Assembly (NCBI GenBank): GCA_012295275.1
Contig: CM022666.1
Coordinates: 13,454,001-13,518,000, forward strand
DNA length: 64,000 nt
Direction of reading: 5' to 3'
Origin: Chrysomallon squamiferum
Lineage: Eukaryota; Animalia; Mollusca
The notes under the pieces were generated by a model. It did no database searches and was not told the origin of the DNA. It saw only the letters and a program-made list of their open reading frames with translations. Each line of letters starts with the position of its first letter. The stretch's first letter is position 1. Position numbers and translations under genes: made by a program. Below are positions 1-16,788 of the stretch, piece after piece.

Positions 1-658
1 GAGAATATAAATTAAAGGCAGAGAATATTGTTTTAAATTTACTGAAATATCAGAGAACTTGGAAATTTCCTTCAGATAATTAATTATGAAAACGGCGATT
101 GGAATTGAGGTCACTAAGTGATAACATTTTAGCTGAATTATTTTATCGTAATAATAATAATATGGTAATTTATATTTTTCTCATTAAAATTAACAACTTT
201 TATAACTCACATAGTTTTCTGTCTCAACTATTAACATCTTTTGTAACTGATACTAATACATTTTATGTTCGAAAAGATAGTTGTCGCTCATACATTTGTG
301 TTCAAGGCAGACAACTCTTATATGGTGAAATGAATATATTTCTTTCACTTATACCTGCAGTTCTTTTAATTTTTTATTTTTACTTTGACGGTAAAATTTA
401 TTTTTATTTTTGTTTTATTTAATTAATTTATTTATTTTAATTTTATCAGTTTTTTAAAAAAAATGTTTTTGGACTATTTGAATTAAAAATTCTAACAGTG
501 CAATTTATTTTCTTGACTGCTGATCCCAGGTTATCCTCATAACGTAATCCCCCTTTCGTAGTTTAACGTCACCCATAATGGTAAACAAACGACATCGTTA
601 AAATGACGTCATAAAAACATTTTAAAAATAAGGACACGCTGCAAAACTGAAGTTTACT

Positions 659-1657
659 ATGCAGTCCGCTTTCGCCATGAATGTAATTAAGACAAGAGAA
701 ATGGAAAGAAAATTAAAAAACTTAGAGGTTCGTGCTTTAAATCTACAAAAACAGTTAAATAAACTTGTCACGCGCGTTGACTTGTTGGAAGAATCGACCG
801 ATCTTTGTGCCGATGAAGTTGAAGCCGAGAAAAAGATGGTCAGCGTAATGGTGTTGTTGATGAACAGAGACGACAGGGCGTTGTCGTTGTTCCGTTACCT
901 ATCACTGTTTTTCCCGATGGTCTTGAAGAAAGTCAAGCAGCTTGTAACGAACGTGTCGTCTGTTAAAGATATGTGGAGAAGGTTTGACGACGACAACGTG
1001 TACACGGCATTTACAACAGTGACAAAACAGTTAGGTTTTTCGAGCGCGGATCTGGAGAACATAAAAATTGTTTTCGACATCTTATACGATAAAAAAACGG
1101 TCGAACGCGAAGAAAGGAACATCGTAGATTACCATGCAGACAGAAGACTGGATGCCGATTTAGGGCCTCTGACGTCATCAGCAGGCGACACGGAACTCGG
1201 GGATCTCATGCTGTACGTGAAGAATTTCGACGAAACAGACGCGAAGATGAAGTCGATTGTGCAACGCATGGTAGCTGTGGCTTACTGCTTCAAGTCGGGG
1301 AAAAATGTACCAACATCATGGCTGCCATTTGACGACAAAACTGAAACCGCGCAATACAAAATCTATCACACGACAGACGTCCGTGAAACGAAAAGCGAAA
1401 CGACCTACGGACGTGCAAGATACAATCAAATTAAGAAGATGCACTCGAAGTCTGTGGTGTCCATGTATTTTGAGAAACTGCTGACTAACGTAGAGAAAAA
1501 CAAAAATATCACCGAACGAAGAGTTGTTGATCAACGCACTGATGCCAGAATGCAAGACGATTCCTCTGATTCTAGTTCTGACGATGATTTTCCGAGCATA
1601 GAAGTTGTATCCGTGCATCAGTCAGATACTGAGACGGAAGAAAACAATACTGATTAA
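659..1657 (+). CDS. Intronless orphan ORF, 332 aa; N-terminal coiled coil, acidic Ser/Asp-rich tail; function unknown
   Basis: 999-bp open frame, much more GC- and CpG-rich than its AT-rich flanks; heptad-like N-terminus (ERKLKNLEVRALNLQKQLNKLVTRVDLLEE); TGACGTCA at 604-611 upstream and AATAAA near 1721 downstream. No family recognised. Confidence 0.6.
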   Translation: MQSAFAMNVIKTREMERKLKNLEVRALNLQKQLNKLVTRVDLLEESTDLCADEVEAEKKMVSVMVLLMNRDDRALSLFRYLSLFFPMVLKKVKQLVTNVSSVKDMWRRFDDDNVYTAFTTVTKQLGFSSADLENIKIVFDILYDKKTVEREERNIVDYHADRRLDADLGPLTSSAGDTELGDLMLYVKNFDETDAKMKSIVQRMVAVAYCFKSGKNVPTSWLPFDDKTETAQYKIYHTTDVRETKSETTYGRARYNQIKKMHSKSVVSMYFEKLLTNVEKNKNITERRVVDQRTDARMQDDSSDSSSDDDFPSIEVVSVHQSDTETEENNTD

Positions 1658-2278
1658 AAAAAAACTTGATAAATAACAGTGTGAAGATACAACATATTTG
1701 ATTTAGAAAAAAAAAATAATAATAAATGAAAAATGTTCGTATCTGCATTGATTCTTTGTCTACTTCTAATACTACTACTGTTGTTGTTGTTGCTGTTGTT
1801 GTTGTTGTTGTTATTATTATTATTATTTCAATTATTTTACTCTATTCTATTTTTTTTCTGTAATTTTATTTCATTTTAATTTATTTTCGTTTTTATTTCT
1901 AATTATCCCGTAATTTCCTATTATTATTACTTACTTTAATAATAATAATAACAACAAAGATGTTAAAATTCATGATTTGAATGAAAGAAAACAGAAAAAA
2001 AAAAACAGAATTTTAAGAAAAACGAAAAGAAAGCTATGCATCATTAAGAAATAAACTTTAAACTATTTATATTGATACAAATATATTTACATTCTTACCT
2101 TCCATATAAAATACCGAATTTGAAAATGATAACAGTAATTAAAAGTACAGAATAAATAAAAATCAATAATTAAATTTCGCAAATAATATCATACTGGATT
2201 ACTTCCACTGTTCCAGGGAATTAAATAACTGAGTTGCAAGTAGATATTCGATTGAAAACGCTATCTTTTTTTATTTAG

Positions 2279-2558
2279 ATTGTTTTCGAAATCACGTCAT
2301 ATCTGCTGCAGAGAATTGGCGTAGAAAAAAGCCAGCGTTTTAACAGCAACAACAACAACAGTTATAACAGACTGAAAATGGAAAACATAAAAGCAATTTC
2401 AGAAAATGCGAAAGAAAATCTGGAGATGATTGAAGCAGAAGTAGGTCATGTTAAAGGCAGCTACAAAAGTATATTGAGTCATAAAAAAATGCTTCAGGAA
2501 ACGGCACGTAATTGTAGTTGCAGAATTAAAAGTGACTACAGAAATTTGTGTCGTTCGT
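2279..2558 (+). CDS. Putative isolated coding exon (coiled-coil-like peptide); parent gene unresolved
   Basis: Pyrimidine tract + AG acceptor ending 2278; open frame IVFEITSYLLQRIG...MENIKAISENAKENLEMIEAE...NLCRS; GTGAGT donor at 2559. Confidence 0.3.
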
Positions 2559-2744
2559 GTGAGTCGACTAGCAAAAAAGATAAAATTATAATTTTAACTG
2601 TGAAATGTAATTCTGTGTGTCTTCTATTTTAAAGGTCCAAACCCTGACCTTGTAACTGTAGACATGTAACACCACTGAACAAATTCTTCTCTGTAATTCA
2701 GGGAGCATTCTAATACTGTTCAGAGCAAACGACTGTCTCTCATA

Positions 2745-3145
2745 CATTGTGTATTCAAACAGACAACTGATGCTCATACACTGTGTGTTCAAACAGATAA
2801 CTGATGCTAATACATTGTGTTCAAACAAATAACTGATACTCATACATTGTGTGTTCAAACAGATAACTGCTGCTCATACACTGTGTGTTCAAACAGATAA
2901 CTGCTGCTAATACATTGTGTTCAAACAAATGTTCAAACAGATAACTGCTGCTCATACATTGTGTGTTCAAACAGATAACTGATGCTCATACATTGTGTGT
3001 TCAAACAGATAACTGATACTCATACATTGTGTTCAAACAGATAACTGATGCTCAAACACTGTGTGTTCAAACAGATAACTGATGCTCATACATTTTGTGT
3101 TCAAACAGATGACTGATGCTCATACATTTTATGTTCAAACAGATA
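2745..3145. repeat. Minisatellite, ~32-34 bp unit (GTGTTCAAACAGATAACTGATGCTCATACATTGT), about 12 copies
   Basis: Direct tandem copies visible in the sequence. Confidence 0.9.
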
Positions 3146-3722
3146 TTTGTCGCTTGTAGATTTGTGTTCAAGACAGACAACTCTTACTTATATATTGTAT
3201 CCAAGACCAGCGACTCGTGGATATTCTTTATGAGGTCACAGTCGGACAGTCGGACGTGATCAAAACTTGATTTACTGATTTACAGCAGGAATCTCTAAGC
3301 CTCTTTCTGAATTCTCAACCGGGCAGTCTTAATAGTAATACTTATCCCGACCAAAACAACACACTAGGGTCATTATATATATATAACCACGACGACTTTA
3401 TTGACACCAACCCACACCATGCATGGATTGCACGGGCCCTAGACCCACGAGGCACAGTGTGCCCATAGTTTCAGATGTCACGTGATGTCGGTGACTTCTT
3501 GACATACACAGCTACTGTATTACTTGCTAAATACTGTTTTAGTAGTTCTGCAGGCTCACAGTTTTAAGTCACTGAATGCGAATCACTAATTTTAAAAATG
3601 ATAATAATAATAATATAATATAAATAAATAAATAAATAAATACATAAATAAATAAAAATCATAATAATACAATAAAATAACCAACAACACACTAAACAAA
3701 TAGAACAAAAATAAACAAATAA

Positions 3723-3753
<31 letters not shown>

Positions 3754-4045
3754 AAGACGGTCTGTATTTCAGTGTTCTTCACTTTCACTGTTTTGATAAA
3801 CTAACTTCTTGTAGATATTTGTTTAACTTTCTAAAAAATATTTTTTTCAAATAGTTATCAAACTTGGAGTTTAAAAATTCTTCTTCTTCGAATACTTCAC
3901 TCTGGCGGTTTTCATACCTTCGGAATTATTCATCTCTGACGTCACTTTAGAAGACAAATTAACTGCGTATCACTGGACTTAAGTGCGAGTCTGGTTTCTG
4001 TAAATAATATTATACGTTATTTTATGCATGACTTTGAACTGCAAC

Positions 4046-4110
4046 ACCACGTGACGCTGACACGTGATTGCGTGACTGGCGCGAGTTCGTTCCTCGAGTC
4101 ACGCGATATT
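4046..4110 (+). promoter_or_regulatory. CpG-rich promoter-like patch with two CACGTG E-boxes upstream of the ATG at 4187
   Basis: CACGTGAC and CACGTGAT in tandem (4048-4068) within a local CpG cluster ~120 bp upstream of the putative first coding exon. Confidence 0.4.
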
Positions 4111-4186
4111 GATGAGATTTCCGTTAACCACCCTGAAACGTCTGCTAATTAATGACAGCAGAAGTCACATCAGAAAGCAGACGAAC

Positions 4187-7883
<3,697 letters not shown>

Positions 7884-7968
7884 ACAGTGAAAATAACTAT
7901 GATTAATTACCTTCAAGTGAGTGATTTCAAACACTGATAAAAAAATGTGTAAAAATCATGGCAGCTAC

Positions 7969-8065
<97 letters not shown>

Positions 8066-8220
8066 TTTCTTTATTTTATTTAAGTTTCAGAATTACAAAT
8101 GTTGAAATTAATGTTTTAAATGATTAAACGTTACGAACGTGCCTAAGAGTGGCAAACCTCTTACATAAATCGACAATAATAAAAATAAATAAAACAAACA
8201 ATACATTTTTATTAATGACA

Positions 8221-8270
<50 letters not shown>

Positions 8271-8865
8271 ACAATAACAAGTAACATTATAACTGGGAGA
8301 AAATTTGAAAACGATAATAAATTATGTTAATAACTGTATTACATTATCATAATTTATGCATTTTGTTGCTTGTTGCCATTTTTGTAATTATAAATATACG
8401 ATGAAAGTGGGTTGAGTAGCAGATTCCTTTCTAAATCGTTTCTTCGTGTTTTTGTTGGGGGGGAAGGAAAAAAGAAAAACACTTTATGCAGGCCTGTAGA
8501 TATATATATGTGTGTGTGTGTTAGTTTTGAAATAAACATAATCGTCTTAACGTCATTTTGAAAATCGTGACTGGAAGAATTTTCAAGGTGACTGAATTTA
8601 TTTAATGTTCTTTGGCAGTAGTTTTGATCGATAATTCTTTTTAATTCTGTACCGGGTTAAAACAAAAAAAGTAATAAAACCATTTATTTTTACACTTAAG
8701 TTATTAGTAAATGTTACGCATCCATTTTTAAACATCGCAAATATTTTAAATCAGAATTAAAATCACCATATTTAAATATTCCTCATTTCTTTGTGATGCT
8801 TATAAGTTGTGATGTTTGTGTGTTAATGTGAGTAATTAAACAACGTTCATACCTTTTTAACTTAA

Positions 8866-9702
8866 AGGCACGTAACATCATTCAACTGTTTATAAGATAT
8901 CCCAGCAAACGAAAAAATAATTCACTGAACTCGATGATAATAGAAAAGTCGTCAAAAAAGCAATTAAATATGGCGGATGTATGACACTCTTGCAAGAAAG
9001 TGAACTAGAAAAAAGAAAAACAACAAAATTCAGTTTTATGTATTTATTTACATATATGTTTTATTTTTTATTTGTTTATTCTTTTTATTATTATTATTAT
9101 TATAGGCTGAAGTATTAATAACGATTTGTTTTGTAGAATGCAGACGACAATTTCCTTTAATTATAGAGTTTCAAGTGAAAGTGTCAGTCCTCCTGTAAAC
9201 ACATTTTCTTTCAGTTTTGTTTTTGTTTTTAGCAACAGAATCAAATAAATAAAACCAAAAACATTTCAGATCTTATCATAACTTAGTTCTTCCGATAAAA
9301 ATAGTTAGACCTTTCAAAAGCCTGTAACCCATAGGAAACTTCATTTAAATAAACCAGGTTTTTGATAGTTGAATAGGTTAGGAACCACTGAATTTGAGTA
9401 ACTGAATTTATTTTTTATCCCCCAAATAATCATGCTTATCTTACTTGTTATTATGATGATTAATCTTTTTCGAATCGCCGATTTGACGAAAGACAGTTGT
9501 CTAAAACAATGTTGTTTTTTATTTATTATTTTGTTTGTTTTTGTCGTTAAAAAAAGGAAAGAAAAGAAACCGCTGTCCAACTGAAGTATTAGCTTCAGAC
9601 TTACTGAAGCATAAACTTCAAACGTTCACTTTTTAAAGTGGCAATCCTCTTAATATGAAACCGTTTTCTTCAAAGCTGAAATCGTTCTGTAAACTTCACG
9701 AT

Positions 9703-9762
<60 letters not shown>

Positions 9763-10652
9763 TCTAATAATAATAATAATAATAATTATTATTATTATAA
9801 ATGTTTTTGTTTGTTTTTTCTGTTGTTTTTTTGTTGTTGTTGTTTTTTCTTTTTTTCTGGTTATTAAAAAGGCAAAAATGGTGCTAAACTCACCAAATAA
9901 CCACTATTATTGGTACAAAAAATATATATACATAAGTATCTAAACACTAATTCACGGCACTTTCAACTGTTGTAGTTTTTTTTCATTTGAAAACAAAATA
10001 ATGATATAAATACTTCTGTAAAAAAAAATTGACGTCAAAGAAAACTTGAAAGAAACATACATACTAGCTGCACTAAAAAAAAACAAAGTCAACACTCAGT
10101 TATTTCAGTTAGAGTCATAATGATACAAAATGTAATATGCTTTTTATTTTATAATTTATTTACTTTTATAAAAGTTTACAGTCAGTCGTAAATATGAGTA
10201 TAGTAAGAATCTTATCGTTTTAAGTTTCCTACCAAAATAACTAATTAGGTTCCAACGAACACTGAGTCTAGGCAGAACACTGTGAAAATCAAGCTGAACC
10301 ACTTTTGAATCCAGTAGATGTAACACCTTTTCTCTATAAGGAAGGTTTTTGAGAGATTTAGTCTTTATAAAGAATAAACGTTTCTAAAGGATCAAAAATT
10401 CGGTTCTCAAATGAACATCCATGTGATTCCAGTTCACCGCGTTATGTGCTGTTGGTAATACCAAGAAAACATCTTAAAGTGTGTTCTGCATTTTTTCATG
10501 CTGTCGTTTCATTTGTTTTAGTCGTTCAGTTTTAGCAATTACAAAATATCTGGTAGCAGTCATCTTTCTGTACATATCGAACTGTTGTAGAAAAAAAAAA
10601 TCTGTATGTTGCTTCTAGTTTTAGTATTGTCTGGAAAGTCCATTATGTTCCT
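8866..10652. mobile_element. Possible non-autonomous Kolobok-like DNA transposon making up most of the array unit
   Basis: TTAA|AGGCACGTAAC at 8862-8876 and ATTATGTTCCT|TTAA at 10642-10656: TTAA on both sides, AGG...CCT termini, imperfect 11-bp inverted ends (8/11). Confidence 0.35.
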
Positions 10653-10937
10653 TTAACCTAATATTTCAAGGCAGTTTGGATAAAATACATTAATAAAAAA
10701 AGTTCGAAGTTTGCCACTAAATATATTTTATTTATGAAAAAGATTATAATAAATGAAAAATTATGGAAAACCTTTCATTAACTTTTTTCCTTCGGTCATT
10801 CAATGTTTATAAGATATCCCAGCAAACGAAACAATAATTCATTGAAATCAATGATAATAGAAAAGTCGTCAAAAAAGCAATTAAATATGGCGGATGTATG
10901 ACACTCTTGCAAGAAGGTATTTTTATTTGTTTATTTA

Positions 10938-10987
<50 letters not shown>

Positions 10988-11586
10988 GGCTGAAGTATTA
11001 ATAACGATTTGTTTTGTAGAATGCAAACGACAATTTCCTTTAATTATAGAGTTTCAAGTGAAAGTGTCAGTCCTCCTGTAAACACATTTTCTTTCAGTTT
11101 TGTTTTTGTTTTTAGCAACAGAATCAAATAAATAAAACCAAAAACATTTCAGATCTTATCATAACTTAGTTCTTCCGATAAAAATAGTTAGACTTTTCAA
11201 AAGCCTGTAACCCATAGGAAACTTCATTTAAATAAACCAGGTCTTTGATAGTTGAATAGGTTAGGAACCACTGAATTTGAGTAACTGAATTTATTTTTTC
11301 TCCCCCAAATAATCATGCTTATCTTACTTGTTATTATGATGAAAAATCATTTTCGAATCGCCGATTTGACGAAAGACAGTTGTCTAAAACAATGTTGTTT
11401 TTTATTTATTATTTTGTTTGTTTTTGTCGTTAAAAAAAAAGAAAGAAAAGAAACCGCTGTCCAACTGAAGTATTAGCTTCAGACTTACTGAAGCATAAAC
11501 TTCAAATGTTCACTTTTTAAAGTGGCAATCCTCTTAACATAAAAACGTTTTTTTCAAAGTTGAAATCCTTCTGTAAACTTCACGAT

Positions 11587-11653
<67 letters not shown>

Positions 11654-11656
11654 AAT

Positions 11657-11691
<35 letters not shown>

Positions 11692-12864
11692 GTATTATTA
11701 TTATTATTATTATTATAAATGTTTTTTTTTGTTTTGTTTTTTCTGTTGTTTTTTTTTTTTTTTTTTTTTTCTGGTTATTAAAAAGGCAAAAATGGTGCTA
11801 AACTCACCAAATAACCACTATTATTGGTACAAAAAATATATATACATAAGTATCTAAACACTAATTCACGGCACTCTCAACTGTTGTAGTTGTTTTTTTT
11901 CATTTGAAAACAAAATAATGATATAAATACTTCTGTAAAAAAAAATTGACGTCAAAGAAAACTTGAAAGAAAAATACATACTAGCTGCAGTAAAAAAAAA
12001 CAAAGTCAACACTCAGTTATTTCAGTTAGAGTCATAATGATACAAAATGTAATATGCTTATTATTTATAATTTATTTACTTTTATAAAAGTTTACAATCA
12101 ATCGTAAATATGAGTATAGTAAGAATCTTATCATTTTAAGTTACCTACCAAAATAACTAATTAGGTTCCAACGAACACTGAGTCTAGGCAGAACACTGAA
12201 AATCAAGCTGAACCACTTTTGAATCCAGTACATGTAACACCTTTTCTCTATAAGGAAAGTTTTTGAGAGATTTAGTCTTTATAAAGAATAAACGTTTCTA
12301 AAGGATCAAAAATTCGGTTCTCAAATGAACATCCATGTGATTCCAGTTCAGCGCGTTATGTGCTGCTGGTAATACCAAGAAAACATCTTAAAGTGTGTTC
12401 TGCATTCTTTCAAGCTGTCGTTTCATTTGTTTTAGTCGTTCAGTTTTAGCTAGCAATTTAAAATAGTAATTACAAAATATCTGGAAGCAGTCATCTTTCT
12501 GTACATATCGAACTGTTGTAGAAAAAAAATCTATGTTGCTTCTAGTTTTAGTATTGTCTGGAAAGTCCATTATGTTCCTTTAACCTAATATTTCAAGGCA
12601 GTTTGGATAAAATACAATAATAAAAAAAGTTCGAAGTTTGCCACTAAATATATTTCATTTATGAAAAAGATTATAATAAATGAAAAATTATGGAAAACCT
12701 TTCATTAACTTTTTTCCTTCGATCATTCAATGTTTATAAGATATCCCAGCAAACGAAACAATAATTAATTGAAATCGATGATAATAGAAAAGTCGTCAAA
12801 AAAGCAATTAAATATGGCGGATGTATGACACTCTTGCAAGAAGGTATTTTTTCTTTGTTTATTC

Positions 12865-12909
<45 letters not shown>

Positions 12910-13508
12910 TAGGCTGAAGTATTAATAATGATTAGTTTTGTCGAATGCAGACGACAATTTCATTAATTATAGAGTTTCAAGTGAAAGTGTCAGTCCTCCT
13001 GTAAACACATTTTCTTTCAGTTTTGTTTTTGTTTTTAGCAACAGAATCAAATAAATAAAACCAAAACATTTCAGATCTTATCATAACTTAGTTCTTCCGA
13101 TAAAAATAGTTAGACTTTTCAAAAGCCTGTAACCCATAGGAAACTTCATTTAAATAAACCAGGTCTTTGATAGTTGAATAGGTTAGGAACCACTGAATTT
13201 GAGTAACTGAATTTATTTTTTATCCCCCAAATAATCATGCTTATCTTACTTGTTATTATGATGAAAAATCTTTTTCGAATCGCCGATTTGACGAAAGACA
13301 GTTGTCTAAAACAATGTTGTTTTTTATTTATTATTTTGTTTGTTTTTGTTGTTAAAAAAAAAGATAGAAAAGAAACCGCTGTCCAACTGAAGTATTAGCT
13401 TCAGACTTACCGAAGCATAAACTTCAAATGTTCACTTTTTAAAGTGGCAATCCTCTTAACATAAAACCGTTTTTTTCAAAGTTGAAATCCTTCTGTAAAC
13501 TTCACGAT

Positions 13509-13576
<68 letters not shown>

Positions 13577-14776
13577 TCTAATAATAATAATAATAATAAT
13601 AATAAGTATTATTATTATTATTATTATAAATGTTTTTTTTTTGTTTTGTTTTTTCTGTTGTTTTTTTTTTTTTTTTTTTTTTCTGGTTATTAAAAAGGCA
13701 AAAATGGTGCTAAACTCACCAAATAACCACTATTATTGGTACAAAAAATATATATACATAAGTATCTAAACACTAATTCACGGCACTCTCAACTGTTGTA
13801 GTTGTTTTTTTTCATTTGAAAACAAAATAATGATATAAATACTTCTGTAAAAAAAATTGACGTCAAAGAAAACTTGAAAGAAAAATACATACTAGCTGCA
13901 GTAAAAAAAACAAAGTCAACACTCAGTTATTTCAGTTAGAGTCATAATGATACAAAATGTAATATGCTTTTTATTTTATAATTTATTTACTTTTATAAAA
14001 GTTTGCAGTCAATCGTAAATATGAGTATAGTAAGAATGATATCGTTTTAAGTTTCCTACCAAAATAACTAATTAGGTTCCAACGAACACTGAGTCTAGGC
14101 AGAACACTGTGAAAATCAAGCTGAACCACTTTTGAATCCAGTACATGTAACACCTTTTTCTATAAGGAAAGTTTTTGAGAGATTTAGTCTTTATAAAGAA
14201 TAAACGTTTCTAAAGGATCAAAAATTCGGTTCTCAAATGAACATTCATGTGATTCCAGTTCAGCGCGTTATGTGCTGTTGGTAATACCAAGAAAACATCT
14301 TAAAGTGTGTTCTGCATTCTTTCAAGCTGTCGTTTCATTTGTTTTAGTCGTTCAGTTTTAGCTAGCAATTTAAAATAGTAATTACAAAATATCTGGAAGC
14401 AGTCATCTTTCTGTACATATCGAACTGTTGTAGAAAAAAAATCTATGTTGCTTCTAGTTTTAGTATTGTCTGGAAAGTCCATTATGTTCCTTTAACCTAA
14501 TATTTCAAGGCAGTTTGGATAAAATACAATAATAAAAAAAGTTCGAAGTTTGCCACTAAATATATTTCATTTATGAAAAAGATTATAATAAATGAAAAAT
14601 TATGGAAAACCTTTCATTAACTTTTTTCCTTCGATCATTCAATGTTTATAAGATATCCCAGCAAACGAAACAATAATTAATTGAAATCGATGATAATAGA
14701 AAAGTCGTCAAAAAAGCAATTAAATATGGCGGATGTATGACACTCTTGCAAGAAGGTATTTTTTCTTTGTTTATTC

Positions 14777-14819
<43 letters not shown>

Positions 14820-15419
14820 TAGGCTGAAGTATTAATAATGATTAGTTTTGTCGAATGCAGACGACAATTTCATTAATTATAGAGTTTCAAGTGAAAGTGT
14901 CAGTCCTCCTGTAAACACATTTTCTTTCAGTTTTGTTTTTGTTTTTAGCAACAGAATCAAATAAATAAAACCAAAAACATTTCAGATCTTATCATAACTT
15001 AGTTCTTCCGATAAAAATAGTTAGACTTTTCAAAAGCCTGTAACCCATAGGAAACTTCATTTAAATAAACCAGGTCTTTGATAGTTGAATAGGTTAGGAA
15101 CCACTGAATTTGAGTAACTGAATTTATTTTTTATCCCCCAAATAATCATGCTTATCTTACTTGTTATTATGATGAAAAATCTTTTTCGAATCGCCGATTT
15201 GACGAAAGACAGTTGTCTAAAACAATGTTGTTTTTTATTTATTATTTTGTTTGTTTTTGTCGTTAAAAAAAAAGATAGAAAAGAAACCGCTGTCCAACTG
15301 AAGTATTAGCTTCAGACTTACTGAAGCATAAACTTCAAATGTTCACTTTTTAAAGTGGCAATCCTCTTAACATAAAACCGTTTTTTTCAAAGTTGAAATC
15401 CTTCTGTAAACTTCACGAT

Positions 15420-15479
<60 letters not shown>

Positions 15480-15481
15480 TC

Positions 15482-15520
<39 letters not shown>

Positions 15521-16552
15521 GTATTATTATCATTATTATTATAAATGTTTTTGTTTGTTTTGTTTTTTCTGTTGTTTTTTTTTTTTTTTTTTTTTCTGGT
15601 TATTAAAAAGGCAAAAATGGTGCTAAACTCACCAAATAACCACTATTATTGGTACAAAAAATATATATACATAAGTATCTAAACACTAATTCACGGCACT
15701 CTCAACTGTTGTAGTTGTTTTTTCATTTGAAAACAAAATAATGATATAAATACTTCTGTAAAAAAAATTGACGTCAAAGAAAACTTGAAAGAAAAATACA
15801 TACTAGCTGTAGTAAAAAACAAAGTCAACACTCAGTTATTTCAGTTAGAGTCATAATGATAAAAAATGTAATATGCTTCTTATTTTATAATTTATTTACT
15901 TTTATAAAAGTTTACAGTCAATCGTAAATATGAGTATAGTAAGAATCTTATCGTTTTAAGTTTCCTACCAAAATAACTAATTAGGTTCCAACGAACACTG
16001 AGTCTAGGCAGAACACTGTGAAAATCAAGCTGAACCACTTTTGGATCCAGTAGATGTAACACCTTTTCTCTATAAGGAAAGTTTTTGAGAGATTTAGTCT
16101 TTATAAAGAATAAACGTTTCTAAAGGATCAAAAATTCGGTTCTCAAATGAACATTCATGTGATTCCAGTTCACCGCGTTATGTGCTGTTGGTAATACCAA
16201 GAAAACATCTTAAAGTGTATTCTGCATTCTTTCAAGCTGTCGTTTCGTTTGTTTTAGTCGTTCAGTTTTAGCTAGCAATTTAAAATAGTAATTACAAAAT
16301 ATCTGGAAGCAGTCATCTTTCTGTACATATCGAACTGCTAAAATGAAAAAAAAAAAAAGAAATCTGTAAGTTACTTCTAGTTTTAGTATGGAATATCCAT
16401 TATGTTCCTTTAACCTAATATTTCAAGGCAGTTTGGATAAAATACAATAATAAAAAAGTTCGAAGTTTGCCCATAAATATATTATATTTATGAAAAAGAT
16501 TATAATACTTGAAAAATTATGGGAAACCTTTCATTAACTTTTTCAGTTCGGT
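8878..16552. repeat. Tandem array of four ~1.92 kb units (starts ~8878, ~10796, ~12723, ~14635), each with internal (TAT)n, (TC)n and (AAT)n tracts
   Basis: Near-identical blocks recur at ~1.91-1.93 kb spacing (e.g. GTTTATAAGATATCCCAGCAAACG; GGATCAAAAATTCGGTTCTC). No credible ORF. Confidence 0.95.
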
Positions 16553-16788
16553 CTGTAAGGTTTATTTATATTTATATTTCCCATACATTTTCTGAATAAA
16601 TGCATTTTATAGCAATACTGCCTTTTATGTGGTCTTCTTATCAGTTGCAACTATTTGGTGAATGATCATTTCCCAACACAATGATCATTTCCGAATCTTG
16701 TGGGGAACTTGCACTTTCTTTCTGCTATCGTCTGTATTATTAATTAATTAATTTATTCAATAATGTTTCTTGTTTTTATTTTTTTTAA

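Noticed and set aside
12-25. TTAAAGG as a possible Kolobok-type left end enclosing the 659-1657 ORF
   Set aside because: No matching right end found nearby, and the heptamer is common in AT-rich DNA.
2745-3145. 32-34 bp repeats superficially like a CRISPR array
   Set aside because: Units are contiguous with no unique spacers, there are no cas genes, and the context is eukaryotic; it is a minisatellite.
12388-14482. Identical 60-aa ORFs at 12388-12570 and 14300-14482
   Set aside because: They arise from the tandem repeat; the frame is disrupted in other units and has no recognisable motif.
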